IMG/VR virus record: IMGVR_UViG_3300045988_151420
Location: 1-42,976 of that record
Reading direction: 5' to 3' (one strand)
DNA length: 42,976 bases
DNA from: a virus
Position 1 is the first letter of the stretch; every line of letters begins with the position of its first letter. The notes beneath the pieces were generated by a model that was not told the DNA's origin, did no database searches, and saw only the letters and a program-made list of their open reading frames with translations. Position numbers and translations under genes: made by a program. Shown here piece after piece: positions 8,192 to 15,455 of this stretch.

Positions 8192-9808
8192 TCAGCCTAT
8201 TGGTGTTTTGGTGACGCCGGGCAGCTTAATGTTGCGCTTAACCCTGTTCCTTGTATTGGGCGCGTTATTAAGGTTCAGGTTATTGTCATTACCGTTGCCG
8301 CCATTGTTATTGACGGCGTTATCGTCACCATTGTTGTTGGCCGCGTCACCATTATCGGCGTTCTCGCCGTTCTCGCCGTTCTCACCCACGGTGTTCTCAT
8401 TGTTCGTGGCGGCGAGAGCACGATCAAGCAAAGACACCGCATTCTTCTTGCGGTTCTCAGCATTAATGTCTGCGAGATCATCCTCGGTGAGCCCGGCACG
8501 CCGCATGAGAGTCTGCGACTCCTGCAATGACGGGAACGCGGACACCATTTTGACCGCGAAATCGGCGGCAGACGACGGCGAGGAATAGCGGGCGGGGGTC
8601 CACTTCACCGAGGTCTTCCACGACTCCTGCGGCGGCTCGTCAAGCTTGTCCCGGACCATAATAATGTTCTGCAGCGTACGCCGCAACGGGGCCGTGAAAA
8701 TACGCCACTGATACTCAGCTTCGTCCGCGAGCGCCGCCTCAGCCGCCTGCATCGCCTCGGCCGAGGCGGGGTTCTCCGCGAATACTCCAATGGCGGACTG
8801 AGGAATGTTTGTGGCCGCGCACAAATTCTGCGCCAGCTGACGGTACATTTCCAGGTGAGGGCTCATGGTCATTTGTGAGAATTGCCCAATCGACGGAATG
8901 TCGCCGTTCTCGTTCGGCTCAAGCACCTGTACTCGGGCCATGATTGCGGACCACCTGTCCTGGCCGGCAAAATCTGCTCTTTCTGCGCCGAGCACGTACC
9001 GTTGCGGTGAGGAGAAGAATTCGGCGGAGGTTTCTGCGCGGACCATTGTCCTCACTGCCGCGTCCGTGAGGTACCTTACTTCGCGGGTGATTCGTGAATG
9101 CCCCAGAGGACGGTTCAGTTGCGGGTCGTAGCAGAGTGCTTCGACGAAAATGCGGTTGGGTGTGTCTCCTAGTTTTTCGGCTTTCCATCCGCTGCCGTTT
9201 TCTTTGGCGTCGATTCGCCAAATGGCGGTGGGGGTGTGCATGATGGCGCCGGCCGGCTGCCCGTATTTGTCGGTCTGATCAATTGTGAGGGCTGCCTCGA
9301 TTATGCGACGCCTAGTGTCCCATAGTGCTGCGGACCATTCCGCGTCACGGGCTTGCACGACGACGGGCGGTTCGCCGATGGTTTCGTCACCGCGTGTCAC
9401 TGTGATTAGCGAGAAAGAGTGCTTGTAGGCGGACGTTATCGCCTGTGCGAGATCGAGGTCGTAGTTGTTTGCGGAGAGTATTTCGTTTGCTTCGAAAGCG
9501 TCGGGAGCGCCGTTAAGGGAGTAGCCTTCGAACACGTGCCGGCGGGCGAGCATGGTGACGACTTTCTGAGGCCACCCAAGCGCGGCTTTGGTGCGCGTCA
9601 TTTGCGGTGGAATACTGATACCGAGGTCCTGGAAAGCGCGGTGGCCGTCATAGTAGACGGAGAGCAGCTTGTTTTTGTTCGAGTGCTGCTGCCATTTCTG
9701 CCACAGTTGCAGGAATGTTACCTTGTCTTCGTTGGGGAGTCCTGAAATGCTGGTCGGTGGCGGCGTGGCGTTAACGAGTCGTCCGTCGTCAGGATAAATT
9801 TCAGTCAT
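8192..9808 (-). CDS. Portal protein.
   Basis: 538-aa ORF overlapping the large terminase stop by 4 nt. The C-terminal tail is rich in Asn/Gly/Asp. Confidence 0.85.
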   Translation of the reverse strand: MTEIYPDDGRLVNATPPPTSISGLPNEDKVTFLQLWQKWQQHSNKNKLLSVYYDGHRAFQDLGISIPPQMTRTKAALGWPQKVVTMLARRHVFEGYSLNGAPDAFEANEILSANNYDLDLAQAITSAYKHSFSLITVTRGDETIGEPPVVVQARDAEWSAALWDTRRRIIEAALTIDQTDKYGQPAGAIMHTPTAIWRIDAKENGSGWKAEKLGDTPNRIFVEALCYDPQLNRPLGHSRITREVRYLTDAAVRTMVRAETSAEFFSSPQRYVLGAERADFAGQDRWSAIMARVQVLEPNENGDIPSIGQFSQMTMSPHLEMYRQLAQNLCAATNIPQSAIGVFAENPASAEAMQAAEAALADEAEYQWRIFTAPLRRTLQNIIMVRDKLDEPPQESWKTSVKWTPARYSSPSSAADFAVKMVSAFPSLQESQTLMRRAGLTEDDLADINAENRKKNAVSLLDRALAATNNENTVGENGENGENADNGDAANNNGDDNAVNNNGGNGNDNNLNLNNAPNTRNRVKRNIKLPGVTKTPIG

Positions 9809-11298
9809 AGGAACAGTACTCCGCCGCCACGATCATTTCTACTATTGGCGTTTTCGATTTTATCATAAGGCTTGTAACGGGGGCGTCTTTTTGTTGTGCG
9901 TGCGGCCCACATTGCGAGCGTGCACGCTTCTAGGCCGGCTACTGTGGCGCCGGGCGGGGCTTGTAGCGCCCATCCTCCGGACGTTCCGATTGGGCGCGGC
10001 GTCGCAGAAGCGGCCTCAGTCCGCAATTCCATGTCGTCCAGGTGCGTGATTGTGTTTTCGCGTAGTGAGGCGTCTAGCATGCTGTAAGCGTCTATGATTT
10101 GCGTGATCGTGGGCGTGATGATGACTTGCGGGCGTACTCCGATCGAACGGAGTCTTTCGATTGTGTCTCCGGCACCGTATTTTCCGTCTACGATGATTTG
10201 CGCCCACCTATCTTTTGTGTCCGCAATGTAGTCGATGATCCATTGTGTGCCCTCGCTCATGCGGCGTACGCCTTGGTGTGTGCAGAGTTCAACATGGGTT
10301 GGCGTGTTTGCCTTGTGTCCCGCTCTGGCTAGGGCGCAGGTTGATCCGTCGGGTGCGAATCGGATTGCGGCGCACCATCGCATACCACTGGGAGTGTTTT
10401 CTGGCCGTATTGTGGCGGTGTTCCAGGCGACGGGGTCGATTGCGAGCCTGTCGTTGGCGCGGTCCCATATTCCGAGGCCTTCACGTCGGAATGATTCTTC
10501 GCCGAGCTGCCGGCGCATTCTTAGAATGGCGGATTCGGGTGTGCGGCGCGGGTATGATGGGTTTGCTTTTTCCCATTGTTTCCTGTCGTCGCTGTTGGCG
10601 TTATAGTCGGCGGCCAACTCCAAATAGAGGCCGTCTTTTATTTCGCCTTGTAGTGCGAGGTTGCGGAATTCGCTGAACGCTTCTGATGGGTCTTTTGGTT
10701 TTGGTGGTGTCCCGATTTTGATGATGAGCGGATCAGGGGCGGTGTTTGTGGCGGGGATCATGTCGTCTAGTGCGGCTGCACCTAGAATCTGGGCTTCGTC
10801 GAAGAGGATCATGTCTACGCCGTGGAATCCGCGTCCGAATCCGCCTTCGCGGGCTCCGAAGAGGATTCGTGATCCATTGTTGAAGAGGATGGCTTGTTGC
10901 CCGTTTGCTTGTCGTATTTTGTTTACGTAGGGGGCGATTTCGGGGATTTGTGCCATTCCTTTCATGTCGTTGAATGTTTCGTCTGCGGTGCGTGTTCTGT
11001 GTGCGGTCCAGAGGACGAAGTAGTTGGGGTGGATGGTGGCGAGTGCGAATGTGAGGCCGCCGATTGTGTATGTTTTGCCGACCTGACGAGGAATGGATGC
11101 TTGGATTCCGTCGATGCTGGCTGCGTAGTGGCCGTCGTTTCTTTTTGCGAGGATTGCTTTGAGCCAGTCTTGTTGCCATATGTCGAGAGGGTATTGCATT
11201 TCTTGGAGGCGGCGTTGGACGGGCGGCCAGGCGGTGTGTGTGATGTTTTCGGGGAGGGTGAGGTGGGCGGCGATTTCGGATAGGTGTTTTTCGCTCAT
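9805..11298 (-). CDS. terL: Terminase large subunit.
   Basis: 497 aa with a Walker A-like IPRQVGKT and a Walker B-like MILFDEAQ; it lies upstream of the portal gene. Confidence 0.9.
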   Translation of the reverse strand: MSEKHLSEIAAHLTLPENITHTAWPPVQRRLQEMQYPLDIWQQDWLKAILAKRNDGHYAASIDGIQASIPRQVGKTYTIGGLTFALATIHPNYFVLWTAHRTRTADETFNDMKGMAQIPEIAPYVNKIRQANGQQAILFNNGSRILFGAREGGFGRGFHGVDMILFDEAQILGAAALDDMIPATNTAPDPLIIKIGTPPKPKDPSEAFSEFRNLALQGEIKDGLYLELAADYNANSDDRKQWEKANPSYPRRTPESAILRMRRQLGEESFRREGLGIWDRANDRLAIDPVAWNTATIRPENTPSGMRWCAAIRFAPDGSTCALARAGHKANTPTHVELCTHQGVRRMSEGTQWIIDYIADTKDRWAQIIVDGKYGAGDTIERLRSIGVRPQVIITPTITQIIDAYSMLDASLRENTITHLDDMELRTEAASATPRPIGTSGGWALQAPPGATVAGLEACTLAMWAARTTKRRPRYKPYDKIENANSRNDRGGGVLFL

Positions 11299-11299
11299 T

Positions 11300-11581
11300 T
11301 TAGATGCCGTCCCAGGTTTGTGTTTCGTTTGGAATGTTGGCGGTGTGTGTGGTGGTGTTTTCGTTTTGTGTGGTGGCGAGTTGGTCTGTGATTTGTATGA
11401 GTTGTGCGGTGAGTTTTGTGAGTGCGGTGTCGCCTGTTCTGGGGTCGTCTATGACGGTGGCGATTTTGTGTGCGAGTGCTTGGCGGATGAGGGTTGGGTT
11501 GCCGGTGTTTGTGGCGTCTGTGATGGGTGCGGGGGAGTTGGGTTCGTATACGGTGATTGTGGTGTTTGTGTGGGTTGTCAT
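11300..11581 (-). CDS. Hypothetical protein; candidate small terminase by position only.
   Basis: 93-aa ORF ending 2 nt before terL. It has a helical central part and Thr/Asn-rich ends. Confidence 0.5.
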   Translation of the reverse strand: MTTHTNTTITVYEPNSPAPITDATNTGNPTLIRQALAHKIATVIDDPRTGDTALTKLTAQLIQITDQLATTQNENTTTHTANIPNETQTWDGI

Positions 11582-11588
11582 GTCTTCT

Positions 11589-11594
11589 ATTATA
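11589..11594 (-). promoter_or_regulatory. Perfect TATAAT -10 hexamer 7 nt upstream of the ATG at 11581 (leaderless-type arrangement).
   Basis: Minus strand reads ccacaTATAATagaagacATG. No Shine-Dalgarno sequence is present. Confidence 0.4.
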
Positions 11595-11624
11595 TGTGGT
11601 GGCGTGTGTCACGTCCGGCAAGAG

Positions 11625-11750
11625 TTTTCCACAGGGTTATCCACAAGTCTAGGGTTTTCCACAGGGTTTTCCACAGGTTGGAGAGTTTTCCACATGATGG
11701 CGCTCACATTGTGACGTGGGTTACTGGAGTTATCCACAGGGTTTTCCACA
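11625..11750 (+). promoter_or_regulatory. Cluster of seven DnaA-box-like 9-mers, TT(A/T)TCCACA, all in the same orientation.
   Basis: TTTTCCACA at 11625, 11655, 11667, 11686 and 11742. TTATCCACA at 11637 and 11730. Three pairs are spaced 12 bp apart. Confidence 0.7.
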
Positions 11751-11885
11751 AGCGGGGAGGGATGGGCAGACCTTCGGGGTGTTCGCGGCCGGATGGGGGA
11801 GGGGGAGTGGCCCCCATCACACATTTGCTGTGGTGTGTGTCTTGTTTTGTTGTGTTCCCTGTCTTGTTTTGTGACGTGGGTCCTA

Positions 11886-11921
11886 CTTTAAGGGATCCCT
11901 TACTCCTTTAAGGGATCCCTT
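11886..11921. promoter_or_regulatory. Two direct copies of CTTTAAGGGATCCCTT, 20 bp apart, each with a palindromic AAGGGATCCCTT core.
   Basis: Copies at 11886-11901 and 11906-11921. The first extends to the 14-bp palindrome TAAGGGATCCCTTA. Confidence 0.6.
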
Positions 11922-11949
11922 GCGTTCGTCTTGTTTTGTTGCCATGGTT

Positions 11950-12245
11950 TTTTCGAACGCCATTGTTGTTTCATGCCTTTGAATGTTTTTGCATGTTTTT
12001 GTAACATTTCTTTTGTTTTTATGTATTTTTGTGCGTTTGTGCGTTGTGTTGCCTTTGCGGCATGCGTTGGCACCGTGCATGGCGCATGGTATTGGTATGC
12101 ATGTCATGCATCACATCGTCATCGTCGTGTTCATCATCATGTTGATCATGTTCATCATGATGATGATTGATCGTCATGATGTTCATCGTTCATTGTTCGT
12201 TGATCATTCATTGAACACTGATTATCGTTGATCATGTTGATCGTG
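11950..12245. other. AT/T-rich tract with five TTGATC(A/G)T repeats and a 12-bp TCATCATGATGA palindrome.
   Basis: Counted G+C: 10 of 50 in 11981-12030 and 22 of 60 in 12121-12180. Repeats at 12142, 12167, 12200, 12228 and 12237. Palindrome at 12152-12163. Confidence 0.6.
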
Positions 12246-12324
12246 ATTGTTTGTTGGTTGTGTGAACGTGAACGGTGTGAGGTGAGGTGAGTGGGTGGTG
12301 TCCGTCTCTCTTCAGTGTGTGGTG

Positions 12325-13333
12325 TGTGGAATGGCGGTGGGGTGTGCTGCTAGTCCACCTCAGTCCGTGATGCGGCCAGTGCTCTGCCCATCCTGGTGCA
12401 GTACTCGTCAGTGCTGCGGTCGTGTCGTGTGCTATTCGTTGCCAGGCGTTGTGGTGTGTGGGTGGTGAGTGTGTCTCTGTGCTGTTCGTGCAGTGGGGTA
12501 TCCTCTGTCCGCTTCCCCCTCGTCGTGGTGGTGGGTGGGGGCATTGTGGATGGTGGGGTGGCATGACGAGGTGGGGTGGCATTGCGATGGAAGGGCGGTG
12601 GTGCAGGTGCGGGTCCTCCGTCTAGTGTTGGTGTCCCCCTTGTTTAGTATCGGCGTCCCCCTTGTTGTTTGTGTGGTGGCCGTGTTGAAGGGCGGGGCGT
12701 GTGGTGCGTGGGGGTCCCCGCGTTCGGATTGGGTCCGTCCTCTTCGCATTGTTCCTGCCCTTCTTCTGTTTTGTGTTGCCATGTCTGTTGCAGGGGGCGG
12801 AGGAAGTGTGGTGGTGTGCGGCGGTGTGTTGTCTACTATCGCACAGTGTTGTGCGTGTGGTGTGTGTTACGAATGGCGATGGTGTGTGGGTGTGGTGGGA
12901 CTGGTCCCGCTATTCTCTTCTGTCTTTGTGTTTGCTGTCACAGTGTTGTTGGTTTAGTGGTGTGTTTTTGTGTCAGGGTTGTGTCATTGTGGAATGGCGG
13001 TGATGGTTGTGTTGGGTAGAAGAGCGGTGGTGTCTACTGTCTACGCACCGTTTGTGTTGCGGTGTGCGTTGTAGTGGTGTGCGTTGTGTTACGTCATGTT
13101 GTGTTGTGTTGTGGAATGGCGGTGGGGTGTTGTGTTGTCTTTCTTGTCCGCTTCTCTCTTTTTCTCTTTCTCTTTGTGTTGGTGTTCGGGGTAGTGCGCG
13201 CGCAGCTTTGCGAGCACGCGCGTTATCCCCGAACACCATTGTGTTCTCTTGTTGTTCTGTCTTCTCTTCTCTTCTCTTCTAGCTCCGCTCTTTCATCACC
13301 CGCTCTTCTTCTGTTATTGAATGGCGGTGGTGT
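12325..13333 (+). repeat. Dispersed array of about 8 copies of (T)GGAA(T/G)GGCGGTGG, all in the same orientation.
   Basis: Copies near 12325, 12587, 12685, 12869, 12988, 13018, 13109 and 13316. Confidence 0.65.
13181..13237. repeat. Long hairpin, copy A of a three-member family.
   Basis: 11-bp outer stem ggtgttcgggg/ccccgaacacc around the core tagtgcgcgcgcagctttgcgagcacgc. Confidence 0.65.
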
Positions 13334-13336
13334 GAT

Positions 13337-13681
13337 TTACCATGTATCACTGTGTTGTGTTGGCATGACAGCTACGGGTAGCCTGTCTCTTTCCCCTTCG
13401 TTTTTCCGGTAGTGGCGTGCTCTTCCTTTGCCTCCTCGTCCGTTGCCTCGTCTGCTGTTGCATTTGGCGCATAATACTCGCCCGTTGTCTGGGTGGTTGG
13501 TTCCGCCTAACGAGGCGGGGATTATGTGGTCTGCCTCAGCGCTGTTGGGTTTGCGTTCGCCGTTGTTTGTGTATTGGAGTTTGACTCCGCATGCTGGGCA
13601 GTGTGTGATGCCGAGCTGTTGTGCTCTGGCTAGTACTTGTTTTCTGAATTGTTTGTGTTCTCGGATGCTTGTTCTGCTCAT
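13337..13681 (-). CDS. HNH endonuclease.
   Basis: 114 aa with HCPACG...EADHIIPASLGGTNHPDNGRVLCAKCNSRRG; GAAGGA lies before the ATG. Confidence 0.9.
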   Translation of the reverse strand: MSRTSIREHKQFRKQVLARAQQLGITHCPACGVKLQYTNNGERKPNSAEADHIIPASLGGTNHPDNGRVLCAKCNSRRGNGRGGKGRARHYRKNEGERDRLPVAVMPTQHSDTW

Positions 13682-13725
13682 TGCTATTCCTTCTCTTTAC
13701 TCTTTTCTCTTCTCTTTCGTGTTGG

Positions 13726-13781
13726 TGTTAGGTGGTGGCGCGTCGCAGCGTCAGCGAGACGAGCGCCTCCACCGTCTAACA
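13726..13781. repeat. Long hairpin, copy C (diverged core gcgcagcgtcagcgag).
   Basis: Stems tgtta/taaca, ggtgg/ccacc and ggcgc/gcgcc. It shares the upstream GTGTTGGTGTT and pyrimidine-tract context with copy A. Confidence 0.55.
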
Positions 13782-13849
13782 CTACTCTCTACTCTCTGCT
13801 CTCTGCTCTCTGCCCCCCGCCTTTCTTCTCTTGTTTTGTTTTGTGTGGT

Positions 13850-13909
13850 GGCGTGTGTTGTGTAGTGCGCGCGCAGCTTTGCGAGCACGCACGTAACACA
13901 ACGCACGCC
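13850..13909. repeat. Long hairpin, copy B.
   Basis: The 28-nt core at 13863-13890 is identical to 13192-13219. A different 13-bp outer stem (13850-13862 / 13897-13909) still pairs. Confidence 0.65.
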
Positions 13910-14539
13910 CTGATGTTTTGGTTTGTCTACTTAATGCAGTGTGTGTTTCTTCTGCCACACATCAGTTCATTGCGTCCACCACACACTGTTCGTTATTAAC
14001 GGCAACAGTATTCAACATTGAACACTACCGCCCTTAATTACATCACAACACATATTTCCTAATTAAACACCGTCTAGGAGTGTTAGACAGTGTCTAATTC
14101 TAGTACTCTTTTAAGAGTGTAGGTCGGGCCCAACACAGTGGCGAGCCCGTCGAAAACACCAGGCGACGCTGACGCTCGCTTGCGTCGCTAGGGCTCCTCA
14201 GCGGCTGCGCCGCCGATCGTCTTCGACGATTCGTCTACTCGAGTGTAGCATACGGGACCAAAGTCACCACAACAAACACTGCCAACAAACAATCACAAAC
14301 GAGGACTAAACGTTGTAATCGCGCGAAAACATGTCGCCGCAACCCTTGCTGAAACCGCAGAAAGTGTGACGACACACACCAACATTGTAGTAACACAAAC
14401 GGGTGTTTTCATCCTAGAACGCCGGTTGCTAGCAAACAACCCACATGCGTAGAAAGTAAACGGAAGGTGAACAAGGTGAACGGAAGGTTAGCGGAAACTG
14501 TGAAAGATCAGCACCATGATGGCCGACACCACACGCACC

Positions 14540-14568
14540 CATCACACACCGCCCTTCCACCACCTGAG
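14540..14568 (+). repeat. Left copy of the direct repeat CATCAC-N3-CCGCCCTTCCACC-N1-CCTGAG.
   Basis: Aligned by eye with 15456-15485. Confidence 0.6.
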
Positions 14569-14575
14569 ACGCACT

Positions 14576-14608
14576 GAGGCCCCACCCCCTCATCGGAAGT
14601 GGGGCCTC
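14576..14608. terminator. Stem-loop downstream of the 110-aa leftward gene.
   Basis: 10-bp stem gaggccccac/gtggggcctc. Confidence 0.55.
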
Positions 14609-14638
14609 GTCATCCTCGGGCCGGTCGGGTCAGTAGGG

Positions 14639-14971
14639 TCAGGAATTCCGGTACAGCAGAGCGCGCGAGCCGGTATCCGCCTCCTCGTTGACGACGGGGA
14701 CGAGGGCGACCTCGAGGTTGGCGTGAGCGAGATAGGCGTCCCGGGCGAGGCGGGCGATTCGAGACCAAAGGTCCGTGTCGGCCATCGCGTACTCGTAGGC
14801 GTCATCCCATCCATTAGGCACCTCAAGCGGCTCGATCGAGTCGATGCCGCAGTCGTCGCCCGTCGTGTAGAGGGTCCAAGGGTCACCAGTGCGGGGAGCG
14901 TGGACCCGGTAGATGACGCCGAACTCGATGGTCTCGAGGACCGGGTCCTCGCTGCGGTGAATGGTGCTCAT
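14639..14971 (-). CDS. Hypothetical acidic protein.
   Basis: 110-aa ORF with AGGAGGAAAAGAGAAG immediately before the ATG. Local GC is high (39 of 60 in 14641-14700). Confidence 0.75.
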   Translation of the reverse strand: MSTIHRSEDPVLETIEFGVIYRVHAPRTGDPWTLYTTGDDCGIDSIEPLEVPNGWDDAYEYAMADTDLWSRIARLARDAYLAHANLEVALVPVVNEEADTGSRALLYRNS

Positions 14972-15089
14972 CTTCTCTTTTCCTCCTGGTCGGTTGTGTT
15001 GTTCCGTTGGTATAAGAATGCCTTTGGGCCTTGTATTAGCACAAGACCCGGGGGGGGCTCTGTCACATTGTAAGGGTGGGATGGGCGGC

Positions 15090-15392
15090 TCAGCCGCCCA
15101 GTGCGGTCAGCTCGGCCATGAAGGGCCTATCGGCCTCAACGCGGTCGGTCAGCCGCCGCAGCGCGACGTCGATCCGGCTCGCCACCCCCTCTCCATCGAG
15201 GTCTCGGATGTTGTCCGTGGTATCGGCGATGAAAGCGCGAACTAGCTTGAACGCTTCGTAGGGGTAGAGGTCGAACATGAAGAATCGCAGCGCCGCACGC
15301 AGGTACTTGTCGGCGGCCTCCTCGTTGTCTTCGGCGTAGCGGAGCGTGAGGGCTAGCATGACTTTAGGCTCGGGGGCGGTTGAGGCATCCAT
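15090..15392 (-). CDS. Hypothetical protein.
   Basis: 100-aa ORF with protein-like composition; the ribosome binding site is weak. Confidence 0.6.
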   Translation of the reverse strand: MDASTAPEPKVMLALTLRYAEDNEEAADKYLRAALRFFMFDLYPYEAFKLVRAFIADTTDNIRDLDGEGVASRIDVALRRLTDRVEADRPFMAELTALGG

Positions 15393-15455
15393 GCCCCTAT
15401 GGTGACACGGGCGGAGCGGCAGCGCAAGCCGCGGGCGCAGAAGTCGTCACTCCCT

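Noticed and set aside
12325-13333. Possible CRISPR-like array formed by the recurring GGAATGGCGGTGG motif.
   Set aside because: The spacing is irregular (about 30-260 bp) and the repeats are short and degenerate. There is no leader and no cas genes.
11159-13412. Many overlapping ORFs on both strands of the G+T-rich region, for example 11159..11911, 12469..12957, 12232..12582, 12432..12782 and 13062..13412.
   Set aside because: The plus strand is A-poor, so stop codons are rare by composition. The products are Cys/Val/Gly/Trp-rich on the plus strand and Thr/His/Pro/Arg-rich on the minus strand. They are low complexity, mutually overlapping, and lack ribosome binding sites.
13950-14520. Search for a tRNA or other classical RNA gene in the ORF-free 570 bp.
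   Set aside because: I found no cloverleaf-compatible arms and no T-loop (GTTCGAAT-like) box, only short hairpins and palindromes. One example is TTAGACAGTGTCTAA at 14083-14097. I cannot exclude a novel small RNA.
14516-15073. 185-aa plus-strand ORF.
   Set aside because: It is antisense to the well-supported gene at 14639..14971, which has a strong AGGAGG ribosome binding site. Its product is Arg/Gly/Val-rich, typical of an antisense frame in GC-rich DNA.
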